64,000 nt of DNA from an uncultured Chloroflexia bacterium (GTDB lineage: Bacteria > Chloroflexota > Limnocylindria > Limnocylindrales > CSP1-4). The notes beneath the pieces were generated by a model. The model was not told the DNA's origin, made no database searches, and worked only from the letters and a program-made list of their open reading frames with translations. The stretch spans positions 704,001 to 768,000 of the forward strand of contig CAWEYL010000001.1 of NCBI GenBank assembly GCA_963813335.1. Reading direction: 5' to 3'. The position numbers were made by a program, and so were the translations under genes. The stretch's first letter is position 1. Each line of letters begins with the position of its first letter. Below, in pieces: positions 10,164 through 20,549 of this stretch.

Positions 10164-10901
10164 CCGACGCCGAGCGCCAGGCGGCGCTCGAGGCCATCGC
10201 GGCCGAGGTCCGCGACTGCACGCGCTGCCGGCTCCATGTCGGCCGGACGCGGTCCGTGCCAGGGGAGGGGAACCCCTCCACGGAGGTCGTGTTCGTCGGC
10301 GAGGGCCCGGGCTTCAACGAGGACCGCCAGGGCCGGCCCTTCGTCGGGCGGGCCGGCGACCTGCTGGTCAAGCTCCTCGGCTCGATCGGCTGGCGTCGCG
10401 AGGACGTCTTCATCACCAACATCGTCAAGTGCCGCCCGCCCGACAACCGCGACCCGGAGCCCGACGAGATCGCGGCCTGCGCGCCGTACCTGGTCCGCCA
10501 GCTGGAGATCCTCGATCCGGCGATGGTCGTGACCCTGGGCCGCCACTCGATGGGCCGGTTCATGCCCGGCGCGCGCATCTCGCAGGCGCACGGGACGGTC
10601 CGACCGGCCGATCCCGGGACCGGCGCCCGGGACGCGCTGGTCGTTGCGATGTACCACCCGGCGGCGGCGCTCCGGACCCCGGCCATCGAGCGCGACGAGC
10701 TACGCCGACGCCGCCACGATCCCGGCCGTCCTGCTGGACGCGCGGGCGCGCAGGGCGGACCATGCGAGAAACGCCCGTCAGGAGCCCATCACCGAGCCGG
10801 TGCCGACCGGCCCGCTCGACGAGACGACCACGGTCGTCGCCCCGCCGCCGCCCGATCCCGCGACCGCGACCGCCGACGCCGACCAGTTGACCTTGTTCTA
10901 A
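10160..10901 (+). CDS. uracil-DNA glycosylase family 4 (one apparent frameshift near 10695)
   Basis: CTRCRL Fe-S motif, GEGPGFNED, PFVG, KCRPP, YHPAAALR; GTGA overlap with asd; the C-terminal tail continues in another frame to QLTLF-TAA at 10901. Confidence 0.9.
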
Positions 10902-10918
10902 CCCGCTACAGGAACCGA

Positions 10919-12591
10919 ATGCCACCACCACCGACGAGAATCCGCTCCGCATCATCCCGCTCGGCGGGGTGGGCGAGATCGGCAAGAACATGTACGTGTT
11001 CGAGTACCGCGACGAGATCGTGGTCATCGACTGCGGCCTGATGTTCCCCGACGAGGAGATGTTCGGCATCGACCTCGTCATCCCCGATATCAGCTACCTC
11101 AAGGAACGCCGCCACATGGTCAAGGCGTTCCTCATCACCCACGCCCACGAGGACCACGTCGGCGGCCTGCCGTACGTGCTCCCCGAGTTCCCGGGCGTGC
11201 CGGTCTACGCCTCGACGCTCGCCCGCGGCCTGCTCGGCAACAAGATCAAGGAGCACAAGCTCCACAACAACCCGGTCCTCGCCCTCGACCCCGGCGAGGA
11301 GCTGGACATCGGCGCGTTCCACGTGATCCCGTTCCGGGTCGGCCATTCCATCCCGGACGCGATGGGCATCGCCCTGCGCACGCCGGTCGGGACCATCGTC
11401 CACACCGGGGACTTCAAGTTCGACCACACCCCCGTCGACGGCAAGCTGTCGGACTTCGCGATCCTGGCCCGGCTGGGGCAGGAGGGGGTCATCTGCCTCC
11501 TGTCGGACTCGACCCGTGCCGAGAACCCGGGCTACACGCCGTCCGAGCGGACGGTCGGCGACGCGTTCCGCGAGATCATGGAGCCGCTCGAGGGGCGCGT
11601 GATCGTCGCCACGTTCGCGAGCAACATCGCCCGCGTCCAGCAGGTCCTCGACGCCGCCAGCGACATGGGCCGGAGCGTCTCGGTCATCGGCCGCTCGATG
11701 GAGCAGAACTTCAAGATCGCGACGGACCTGGGCTACCTCAAGTACGACGCGTCGATGATCGTCTCGAAGGACAAGATCAAGGACCACCCCGACGCCCAGC
11801 TCGTGATCGCCACGACCGGCGCCCAGGGCGAGCCGATGGCCGGCCTGGCGCGGATGGCCAACCGCGACCACCGCTTCGTGGAGATCCAGCCCGGCGACAC
11901 CGTCATCGTCAGCGCGAGCCCGATCCCCGGCAACGAGGAGTACGTCTCGCGGACCATCGACAACCTGTTCAAGGCCGGGGCGAACGTCTACTACCACACG
12001 ATCAAGCGCGCGCACGTCTCCGGGCACGCCAGCCAGGAGGAGCTCAAGCTGATGCTCGGGCTGACCAAGCCCAAGCACTTCATCCCCATGCACGGCGAAT
12101 TCCGGATGCAGGTCCAGCACGGGCGCCTGGCGATCGAGACCGGGGTCAAGCCGGAGGACGTGTTCATCATCGAGAACGGGACGCCGATCGAGCTCTTCGC
12201 CGACGGGTCCGCCCGGCGCGGGAGCCCGGTCACGGCCGGGTACGTCTTCGTCGACGGCCTCTCGGTCGGCGAGGTCGGCGAGATCGTCCTGCGCGACCGC
12301 CGGTCGCTCGCGAACGACGGGATGTTCATGATCGTGGTGACCGTCGACAAGCAGACGGGCTCGGTCGTCGGGCGGCCCGAGATCGTGACCCGCGGCTTCG
12401 TCCACCTCAACGAGAAGGACCCGATCATGGCCGAGGCCGTCGAACGCGTGATGAGCGCCATCGACACGCCCGGCGACCACATCAGTGAGATCGCCCTGCT
12501 CAAGACCCAGGTCAAGGACGCCGTCTCGCGCTACCTGTACGAGCAGACCAAGCGGCGGCCGATGGTCTTCCCCGTCGTGGTGGAGGTCTAG
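10919..12591 (+). CDS. rnj: ribonuclease J (1-nt indel just after the start codon)
   Basis: LRIIPLGGVGEIGKNM, THAHEDHVG, HTGDFK, HVSGHA, PMHGE; ATG 10919 follows an AGGA RBS but is out of frame by one base. Confidence 0.95.
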
Positions 12592-12594
12592 GCG

Positions 12595-14907
12595 TTGGCC
12601 ACGCGCAAGCGCGCCCCCAGCCGCAACACGACCGGCTCGCGCAGCCGTCGCCGCAGCGGCGGCGGGCTCGGGAAGCAATTCACGCCCGACGTCGTCCGCT
12701 CGATCATCGGGATCACGTTGCTGGTGCTGGGGGCGATGACGCTGATCGCACTGCTGCTGCCCGGCAAGGGCGCGCTCACGAGCTGGTGGACGGGCGTGTT
12801 CGCCCCGTGGTTCGGGGCGATGCGCTGGCTGCTGCCGTTCCTCCTGCTGGCGGCCGGCGGCTACCTCGAGTGGCGCCGTCCGAAGGGCTGGGGCCTCACC
12901 CTGCTCGGGATCGCGATCATGTACGCCGGGCTGCTGGGCATCGTCCAGGTCGTCTTCGCCAGCCCCACCTTCGCCGGCGGCGGCCGGGTCGGCCGGTTCC
13001 TGGCCAACATCCTCGAGCCGCTCCTGACCGCGCCGGGCGCCATCGTCGTCCTGCTCGCGATGGTCGTCATCGGGTTGATGCTCGCCTTCGGCCTGCACCT
13101 CGACGAGATCTTCCGCCCGTTCGTCTCGGCCGGGAAGTGGTCGAAGACGACCGTGGCCGCGTCGCTCGCGCGCCCGCCGGCGACCGGGGCCGCAGCCAGG
13201 CCGGCAGCGGCCAAGGCCGGGGCGAAGTCGCCGGTCGCGGTCCCGATCCAGCCCGGCTCGGGCGACCCGGCCGTGCCGAGCATCCTCGACGGGCCGCCCG
13301 CGCCCGCCACCAGCCAGGCGCCGATCAGCCGGACGGTGTGGACCGGCGAGGGCGCCGCGCCCATGCCGGCCGCGAGCGCCGCCGTCGCCGTCGCCGCCCG
13401 CGCCGCCGTCGCCGTGGAGGAGGCGGACGGGCTCGAGTCGATCGCCTGGACGCTGCCCTCGATCGACCTGCTCCAGGCGCCCGTCCCGACTCGCGATGCC
13501 GGCCAGATCGACCACGCCGCGAACATCCGCCGGATCGAGGAGAAGCTCCAGCACTTCGCGATCCCGGCCAAGGTCGTCCACTACAACACCGGGCCGGTCG
13601 TCACGCAGTACGAGGTCCGGCCGGCTAACGGCGTCAAGCTGTCGCGCATCGAGGCGCTCAGCGACGACCTCGCGATGGCCCTCGCCGCCCGCTCGATCCG
13701 CATCGAGGCGCCGATCCCCGGCAAGGACCTCGTCGGCATCGAGATCCCCAACACGGTGGGCGAGGTGGTCGCGTTCCGGCCACTCGTCGAGGACAGCAAC
13801 ATGCTCGGCGCCACGAGCCCGCTGACCTTCGCCCTCGGGCGCGACGTGTCGGGCAAGGCGTGGGCGGTCGACCTCGCCAAGATGCCGCACCTGCTGATCG
13901 CGGGCGCCACCGGCTCGGGCAAGAGCGTCTGCGTCAATGCGGTCATCACGAGCCTGCTGATGCGGGCCAAGCCGGACGAGGTCCGCCTGATCCTGGTCGA
14001 CCTCAAGCGGGTCGAGCTGGCGCCCTACGACAAGCTGCCGCACCTGCTCCAGCACGTGATCGTCGAGGCCAACGAGGCGAAGGCGATCCTCAACTGGGCG
14101 GTCCACGAGATGGAGGACCGCTACAAGGCCCTCGCCTCGCGGACCGTGCGCAACATCGAGGGCTTCAACGCCCTGCCCGAGGAGGTCCGCGGGGAGCGGC
14201 TGCCGTACATCGTGCTGATCATCGACGAGCTGGCCGACCTGATCATGCGCGAGGGCCGCAAGGTCGAGGACCCGGTCGTCAAGATCGCCCAGAAGGCCCG
14301 CGCGGTCGGGATCCACCTGGTCCTCGCCACGCAGCGGCCGTCGGTGAACGTCGTCACGGGGCTCATCAAGGCCAACGTGCCGTCGCGCATCGCGTTCGCG
14401 ATGGCCTCGATGGTCGACTCGCGGACCGTCCTCGATTCACCAGGCGCGGAGGACCTCATCGGCCGCGGCGACATGCTCTACCAGCCGGTCGACCTGCCGC
14501 GCCCGGCCCGCCTGCAGGGCGTGTTCGTCAGTGACGCCGAGGTCAACGCCGTCACCCACCACTGGCTCGCCCAGGCCGAGGGCCGGACCTTCTACGAGGA
14601 GGCCATCCTCGAGTTCAGCGACGGCGAGGGGAACGGCAATGGCGAGTTCGCCTGGCTGGCCGCGCTCGACGTCGACGAGATGACCCCGCACGCGGCGGAG
14701 CTCGTGATGCGCGAGCAGAAGGCGAGCACCTCGCGCCTGCAGACGAAGCTCAAGCTCGGCTTCTCGCGGGCGAGTCGGGTGATGGACGAGCTGGAGCGTT
14801 ACGGCATCGTCGGTCCACAGGACCCGCGCAACCCGGCGACCCCGCGGATCATCTACGGGCCTGACAACTGGCTGCGCTCGACAGACGACGTCGACCGGGA
14901 CGATTGA
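12595..14907 (+). CDS. ftsK: DNA translocase FtsK
   Basis: N-terminal TM helices, PHLLIAGATGSGKS, IIDELADL, ATQRPS, gamma domain. Confidence 0.96.
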   Translation: MATRKRAPSRNTTGSRSRRRSGGGLGKQFTPDVVRSIIGITLLVLGAMTLIALLLPGKGALTSWWTGVFAPWFGAMRWLLPFLLLAAGGYLEWRRPKGWGLTLLGIAIMYAGLLGIVQVVFASPTFAGGGRVGRFLANILEPLLTAPGAIVVLLAMVVIGLMLAFGLHLDEIFRPFVSAGKWSKTTVAASLARPPATGAAARPAAAKAGAKSPVAVPIQPGSGDPAVPSILDGPPAPATSQAPISRTVWTGEGAAPMPAASAAVAVAARAAVAVEEADGLESIAWTLPSIDLLQAPVPTRDAGQIDHAANIRRIEEKLQHFAIPAKVVHYNTGPVVTQYEVRPANGVKLSRIEALSDDLAMALAARSIRIEAPIPGKDLVGIEIPNTVGEVVAFRPLVEDSNMLGATSPLTFALGRDVSGKAWAVDLAKMPHLLIAGATGSGKSVCVNAVITSLLMRAKPDEVRLILVDLKRVELAPYDKLPHLLQHVIVEANEAKAILNWAVHEMEDRYKALASRTVRNIEGFNALPEEVRGERLPYIVLIIDELADLIMREGRKVEDPVVKIAQKARAVGIHLVLATQRPSVNVVTGLIKANVPSRIAFAMASMVDSRTVLDSPGAEDLIGRGDMLYQPVDLPRPARLQGVFVSDAEVNAVTHHWLAQAEGRTFYEEAILEFSDGEGNGNGEFAWLAALDVDEMTPHAAELVMREQKASTSRLQTKLKLGFSRASRVMDELERYGIVGPQDPRNPATPRIIYGPDNWLRSTDDVDRDD

Positions 14908-15013
14908 GGGTGTCCGCTCGCCGTCGGCCGGCCGTTCGGGACGCGTGGGGTATGCTGACCGGCCTGAGGCGAACCCGGATGGCCGCCTCGCGATCGACGC
15001 CGACGGACCACCG

Positions 15014-16381
15014 ATGACGACACAGGACCGAACGAGGCGGACGACGTCGGGAGACCGCCCCGACGCGCCCAAGCCGGCCCCGGACGCCGCCACGAGCCTG
15101 CCGGAGCGCCTCTACGAGGCGCGCGAGCGCAAGGGCGTCGACCTGTACCGCGCCGAGCGCGACACGAAGATCCGGGCGCGCTACCTCGACGCCCTGGAGC
15201 GGGGTGACTACAAGGAGCTCCCCGGCGCGGTGTACACGAAGGGGTTCCTGCGCAACTACGCGCTCTACCTCGGCCTCGACGCCGACGAGATCCTCGAGCA
15301 GTGGCGGCGCGAGCGCGGTGAGCCCAAGGATGCGCCGGCGGTCATCTCGGTGCCGCGCCCCCTGGCCGCCCCGCGCCAGGGCCTGACCTTCTCGCCGTTC
15401 ATCGTCGTCCTCGCCCTCATGACCATCGGCGTGCTGGCGTTCGGGGCCTACCTGGGCGTCCAGCTCCTGCGCTTCGCGAAACCGCCGACGATCTCGGTCA
15501 CGGACCCGGCGACGGCGGTGGTCCAGGTCGACGACACCGCCACGTCGTACACGCTGCGCGGCGTGACCCTGCCGAACGCGACCGTCAACATCGACGACGG
15601 GACGCCCGGTCGCGACCCCTACCAGGTGACCGCCGAGGCGACCGGGCTGTGGTCGGCGAGCGTCGACCTGCGCCGCGGTCGCAACCAGTTCGATATCAGC
15701 GCCATCGACCCGGACACCGGCAAGCACTCCGAGGACACCATCCCGATCTACATCACCGTGCCGTTCCCGACGGTCGAGGCCCCGACGCTCACCGTCGACC
15801 AGCCGGCGGAGGGAGCCACGTACGAGAACGGGGCGATCCCGGTCCAGGGGATGACCACGAACGCGACCTCCGTGGTGATCACGGCGGCCTACACCGGTCC
15901 GGTCCAGCCGACCGGGGCAGGGAAGCCCACGCCGCCGCCGCAGAAGGCGCCGGCCCCGCAACCGGCGACGATCGCGGACGACGGGACCTTCGCCTCACCG
16001 CTCGAGCTGACGGGCGGTCACTGGGCGATCACCATCACCGCGTCGAGCGCGGAGGGCAAGAAGACCGCCCTGACGCGGAACGTGACCGTCGCCTACCAGG
16101 GCGTGAACGTCGTGGTGTCGATCCAGAACGGGCGCGCCTGGGTCAAGGTCTGGGTCGACGGCAAGGTGTCCGACGTCACCGGGTCGGCGGGTCGCGTCTT
16201 CGCCCCGGGCAAGGTCCTGACCTTCAACGCCGAGCAGTCGGTGGAGGTCCGGACCGGCAAGTCCAACGCCACGTACTTCACGGTCAACGGGATCGACCTG
16301 GGCCATATGTCCGCCTTGGGCAACCCCGAGACCTGGCTGTTCGCGCCGCCCGACGACCCGAAGCAGACCGACCGGCGCTGA
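15014..16381 (+). CDS. rodZ: RodZ-like protein (HTH, TM, Ig-like repeats, DUF4115-like C-terminus)
   Basis: TKIRARYLDALERG..LPGAVYTKGFLRNYALYLGLD HTH, one TM helix, AWVKVWVDGK C-terminal domain; lies directly after ftsK. Confidence 0.85.
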   Translation: MTTQDRTRRTTSGDRPDAPKPAPDAATSLPERLYEARERKGVDLYRAERDTKIRARYLDALERGDYKELPGAVYTKGFLRNYALYLGLDADEILEQWRRERGEPKDAPAVISVPRPLAAPRQGLTFSPFIVVLALMTIGVLAFGAYLGVQLLRFAKPPTISVTDPATAVVQVDDTATSYTLRGVTLPNATVNIDDGTPGRDPYQVTAEATGLWSASVDLRRGRNQFDISAIDPDTGKHSEDTIPIYITVPFPTVEAPTLTVDQPAEGATYENGAIPVQGMTTNATSVVITAAYTGPVQPTGAGKPTPPPQKAPAPQPATIADDGTFASPLELTGGHWAITITASSAEGKKTALTRNVTVAYQGVNVVVSIQNGRAWVKVWVDGKVSDVTGSAGRVFAPGKVLTFNAEQSVEVRTGKSNATYFTVNGIDLGHMSALGNPETWLFAPPDDPKQTDRR

Positions 16382-16388
16382 CCGGTCG

Positions 16389-16913
16389 ATGGATACGCCG
16401 CCCACCTCGCACGCGGACCTCACGGACCTCGCCAGCCGGCTCCAGGCGGCGTGCCTTGCCCACGGCCAGACCGTCGCGACCGCCGAATCGTGCACCGGCG
16501 GCCTGGTCGCCCACGCCATCACCGCGATCCCCGGCGCGTCCGGTTACTTCCTCGGCTCGGTGGTCAGCTACAGCGACGCGGTCAAGCGGGACCTGCTGGA
16601 CGTGCCCGCCGAGCTGATCCGCACCCACGGGGCGGTCAGCGCGCAGGTCGCGCTCGCGATGGCCGCCGGCGCCCGGTCCCGCGTGGGGTCCGACCTCGGG
16701 GTCGGCATCACCGGCGTCGCGGGACCCGACGGCGGCACGGACGAGAAGCCGGTCGGGCTCGTCTACGTGGCGGTCGCCGACGCGGAGGGCGCCGAGGTCC
16801 GGCGCTACCTGTGGACCCGGGACCGGACGGGCAACATCGTGGAGAGTGCGGCGGCGGCGCTGCGGGCGCTCGTCGAACGGGCCGAACGACCCAGCGAGGT
16901 CGCCAGCCGGTGA
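16389..16913 (+). CDS. cinA: CinA C-terminal domain protein / NMN deamidase PncC
   Basis: ATAESCTGGL, HGAVSAQVALAMA, GITGVAGPDGG, KPVGLVY. Confidence 0.92.
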   Translation: MDTPPTSHADLTDLASRLQAACLAHGQTVATAESCTGGLVAHAITAIPGASGYFLGSVVSYSDAVKRDLLDVPAELIRTHGAVSAQVALAMAAGARSRVGSDLGVGITGVAGPDGGTDEKPVGLVYVAVADAEGAEVRRYLWTRDRTGNIVESAAAALRALVERAERPSEVASR

Positions 16914-18454
16914 CGCGCACCTCCGAGGAGATCGGACGCGGTCTGGCGGCGCCGCGGCCGGGTCGGCCCATCGTGCCCGGCACCAGGATCCATGTGGTCG
17001 GCGTCGGGGGCGCGGCGTCGTCGGGGGCGGCCCTCCACGCCGCCGCGGCGGGAGCGGTCGTCAGCGCGTGCGACACGGGCGGGCCGGACCCGCTGACCGC
17101 GGCCGTGACCGCGGCCGGGATCCCGATCGCCTGGGAGCACGACGCAGCCCACGTCCGCGCGCCCGACGGCTCGCGGCTGGTCGACCGCGTCGCGGTCACG
17201 AAAGCCATCACGTCGGTCGATCCCGACCACCCTGAGCTGGTCGCCGCACGCGAGCTCGGGATCGAGCCCGAGAGCGTCCAGCAGGTGATCGCCGATGCCG
17301 CCGCGACCGGAGGTCGACGCCTGGTGGCCGTCACCGGCACCCACGGCAAGTCGACGACCTCCGGCTGGATCCTGGACATCCTCGCCGAGGCGGGCGCGGA
17401 CCCCTCGGGCTTCGTCGGGGCGATGCTGCCGGCCGCGATCGCCGGCCCGCAGCGCGGCGCGGCGCGGATCGGGGCCGGCCGCGACTTCGTCGTCGAGGCG
17501 GACGAGTACGCCGGGAACTTCGACCCGTACCGCCCCGACATCACGGTCCTGATCTCCGCGGAGTGGGATCACCCCGACGTCTTCGCGGACGAGGCGGCCG
17601 TGGTCTCGGCCTTCGCCGCCTGGATCGGCCGGGCCGGACCGGCGACGGGTGGGACGCCCACGCTCGTCGCCAACGTCGGCGATCGCGGCGTGCGCGCGGT
17701 GCTCGCCGCGCTGGAGGACTGGCCGGGCCGGCGCATCGGCGTCCAGCTCGTCGCCGATGCCGGCGAGGTCGCGCCCGGCGCCGCGATCGTCGGGACGATC
17801 GTCGGCGAGGACGGCGACGGAACGGACCTCTCGGTGACCGGCCTGCGCGGCCCGGGAGCGGCACCCGACCGCGTCCGCCTGCGGCTCATCGGCCGGCACA
17901 TGGCGATCGACGGCCTGATGGCCGCCGGCGGCGCGTACGCGACCGGCCTCGATGCCGACGCGATCCTGGCTGGCCTGGCGTCGTTCGAGGGCGTGGGCCG
18001 CCGCTTCGAGCTGAAGGGTGAGATCGGCGGCGTCACGGTCCTCGACGACTACGCGCACCACCCGACCGCGATGCGCATGACCTTCGCCGCCGCGCGGCGG
18101 CGCTACCCCGGCCGCCGGCTGTGGGCGGTCTACGAGCCGCTGACGTACCACCGCACCGCGGCGATGCTGGACGAGTTCGCGGCAGTCCTCGCCGAGGCCG
18201 ACCGGGCGGCCGTCATCGATATCTGGGCCGTGCGCGACCCCGACCTGACGATCACCTCGGCCGCGGCGCTCGCCGCGGCCACCAGCGCGCGCAGCGCGGT
18301 CCCGGTCGAGGCGATCGGCAGCCCCGAAGCCGCGGCGGCCTGGCTGGCCGATGCCGTGGTACCTGGTGACGTGGTGCTGATCATGGGCGGCGGCCGGTCG
18401 TACGTGGCCGCCGAGCAGCTGGTCGAGCGACTGCGCGCCCGCGCCGGCGCCTAG
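16910..18454 (+). CDS. Mur ligase, MurC/Mpl-like
   Basis: VTGTHGKSTT, VEADEY, DHPD, GVGRRFE, DDYAHHPT; GTGA overlap with cinA. Confidence 0.85.
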   Translation: MTRTSEEIGRGLAAPRPGRPIVPGTRIHVVGVGGAASSGAALHAAAAGAVVSACDTGGPDPLTAAVTAAGIPIAWEHDAAHVRAPDGSRLVDRVAVTKAITSVDPDHPELVAARELGIEPESVQQVIADAAATGGRRLVAVTGTHGKSTTSGWILDILAEAGADPSGFVGAMLPAAIAGPQRGAARIGAGRDFVVEADEYAGNFDPYRPDITVLISAEWDHPDVFADEAAVVSAFAAWIGRAGPATGGTPTLVANVGDRGVRAVLAALEDWPGRRIGVQLVADAGEVAPGAAIVGTIVGEDGDGTDLSVTGLRGPGAAPDRVRLRLIGRHMAIDGLMAAGGAYATGLDADAILAGLASFEGVGRRFELKGEIGGVTVLDDYAHHPTAMRMTFAAARRRYPGRRLWAVYEPLTYHRTAAMLDEFAAVLAEADRAAVIDIWAVRDPDLTITSAAALAAATSARSAVPVEAIGSPEAAAAWLADAVVPGDVVLIMGGGRSYVAAEQLVERLRARAGA

Positions 18455-20028
18455 CCGGCCGCGGTCGCCGCCTCCCCCTCCGCGGCACGGTCTGCGTCCT
18501 CGGCGCGGGCGCCGACCGGGCGCGCGTAGAGCGGGTGCCCGTCCGAGGTGATGCAGGCGCCGGTCGCGAGCTCCCATTGCCAGCCGTGCAGCGCGCAGGT
18601 CATCACGCCGTCCTCCTCGGACGCGAACCGGGTCAGGTCGGCCTTCATGTGGGGGCAGCGCCGCTGGACGTCGTAGCCGGCGAACTCGAAGGTGCCCTGG
18701 GTCGGCCCGTGCTCGGCGTAGAAGCCCTCCGCGTACTGCAGGCGCTCGACGTTGAGGCACTTGAACCAGGTGTAGACGTAGTCGTTGTACGGGCCGCGCC
18801 GGCGCGCCCGGAAGCGCATCGAGAGGAACAGCTCGTTGACCCAGTCCTCGACGTGCTCGCGGACGAGGTGGTCGACGAGCTCGCGCTCGATGAAGAACTG
18901 GTAGCGCGGGTCCTCGTCCTCGAGCGGCCGGCGGACCTCCCGGGTCGCGAAATCGATCACGAGCCGCTCGTCGCCGACGTCGAGGAGGACCGGCTGGTCG
19001 ATGCCGGCGCAGATCATGTCGGCCTGCTCGAGGAGCGGGTCCCACCACGCCTTCAGCTCCGGCAGCAGGTCGACCCGCGCACCCTTCCACGCGGCGCGCT
19101 CCGCCGCGATGACGGGTGCCTTGCGCGCCTGGTAGGCCTCGAGGTAGGCGCGCTTGTCGGCGAAGATCGCGGCCGGATCCACCGGGTGGGTGACATCGAA
19201 CCGGCCCTTGCCGACGTCCGCGACGCTGCCCGGCAGCATCAGCCGGCCGCCGTGCCGGCCGTGCTCGGCCAGGTAGTCGAGGAAGGTCGGCTGGTCCGGG
19301 AACGTGTTCCACTCGTTGCCGTGGAGGTCGTTGAACTCGAACAGGTCCGGGTCGAGGAAGCATGGTGGCCCCGCGGACGGGACCACGAACGCCGGGTCGA
19401 GCACCTCGACATAGCGGAGCGCCCGCGCCGACTGGGCGACGCGCTTCTTGTGACCGAGCACCTGCTGCGCGTTGTCGGGGTAGTCGTAGACCATCGGATA
19501 CCAGATCGCGCCCGAGAACTGGAGGAACGCGGCGTCCAGGGGCCCGCCCGCCAGCAGCAGGTCCGGCTCGGGCGGCCGCGAGTCGTTCATGTTCAGGACG
19601 CGGACCTCGCCGTCGTCGATGAGCAGCGCGGAATCGCCGATCGGGCCGTCGGTCGGGGCCACCAGCGCGTGGATCGTCAGGGTCAGCGGCCCGGCCTCGA
19701 ACGGCTCCAGGTCCACGCTCTCGATGAAGCGCTCGAAGCCCAGACCGCGGAGCGCCTTCTTGAGGTCGTCGAGCGGGTAGGCGGGCAGCAGCACGGTCGT
19801 GCCCTTGTCGACATGGTCGCGCAGGAAGCGCGGGTCGAAGTGGTCGTGGTGCAGGTGCGAGACGTACAGGAACGTCGGATGGCCGATCTGCTCGGGATCG
19901 ATGCCGTCATTGGCCGGGAACGGGTACCACGACCCGAAGAACGAGGGGTTGAACCACGGGTCGCACAGGATGCTGACGCCCCTGGTCTCGACGAACAACC
20001 CGGCCTGGCCGAGGAAGGTGATCTGCAC
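18451..20028 (-). CDS. MBL-fold protein with C-terminal Rieske 2Fe-2S domain (Rv3818-like)
   Basis: SHLHHDHFD metal motif; CPH...CALHGW Rieske motifs. Confidence 0.85.
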   Translation of the reverse strand: MQITFLGQAGLFVETRGVSILCDPWFNPSFFGSWYPFPANDGIDPEQIGHPTFLYVSHLHHDHFDPRFLRDHVDKGTTVLLPAYPLDDLKKALRGLGFERFIESVDLEPFEAGPLTLTIHALVAPTDGPIGDSALLIDDGEVRVLNMNDSRPPEPDLLLAGGPLDAAFLQFSGAIWYPMVYDYPDNAQQVLGHKKRVAQSARALRYVEVLDPAFVVPSAGPPCFLDPDLFEFNDLHGNEWNTFPDQPTFLDYLAEHGRHGGRLMLPGSVADVGKGRFDVTHPVDPAAIFADKRAYLEAYQARKAPVIAAERAAWKGARVDLLPELKAWWDPLLEQADMICAGIDQPVLLDVGDERLVIDFATREVRRPLEDEDPRYQFFIERELVDHLVREHVEDWVNELFLSMRFRARRRGPYNDYVYTWFKCLNVERLQYAEGFYAEHGPTQGTFEFAGYDVQRRCPHMKADLTRFASEEDGVMTCALHGWQWELATGACITSDGHPLYARPVGARAEDADRAAEGEAATAAG

Positions 20029-20129
20029 GGGGGAAGGATACCGGCGGGGGAGGCCCGGCCGCCGACGGGCGCCCCGCGGGATGGTGGCCTACCATTGGTG
20101 GACCGCAGCACGAGGAGCACGGCTCGCCC

Positions 20130-20549
20130 ATGTCCGTCGACTACGCCACCGCCGGGACGATGCTCGAGACCTTCGGTCGCGCGTGGGCGACCTTCGATGG
20201 CGACCTGATCGTCTCGATGTTCACCGACGATGCCGAGTATCACGCCGACCTCTTCGCGCCGCCGATGGTCGGGCACAACGCGATCCGGGCGTACTGGCTC
20301 GACGGCTCGACCACGACCGGGGATGTCGAGTTCGTCCCGGAGCGGCACTGGGTCGCGGGCGACACCGTCCTGACCGCGTGGCATGCGAGCTACCAGGAGC
20401 TGGCCACCAGGGCGCGCGTGCACCTCGTGGGCTTCATGACCTGGGAGCTGGCGCCGGACGGACGCATCGCGAAGCTGCGCGAATGGACGCTCCAGGCCCC
20501 GTCGGGCGGCGCCGCTGGCCTGGGCAGAGGAGGATCGGATGGCCGGTGA
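20130..20549 (+). CDS. NTF2/SnoaL-like protein
   Basis: MFTDDAEY, GHNAIRAYW, GRIAKLREW pattern; GAGGAG RBS. Confidence 0.8.
   Translation: MSVDYATAGTMLETFGRAWATFDGDLIVSMFTDDAEYHADLFAPPMVGHNAIRAYWLDGSTTTGDVEFVPERHWVAGDTVLTAWHASYQELATRARVHLVGFMTWELAPDGRIAKLREWTLQAPSGGAAGLGRGGSDGR

Noticed and set aside
10690-10925. Programmed frameshifting or pseudogenisation of udg/rnj
   Set aside because: No slippery sequence and no other decay; the same indel pattern recurs throughout the window.
9362-11041. 559-aa ORF containing UDG
   Set aside because: The N-terminal part is off-frame asd sequence and the C-terminal part is frameshift read-through.
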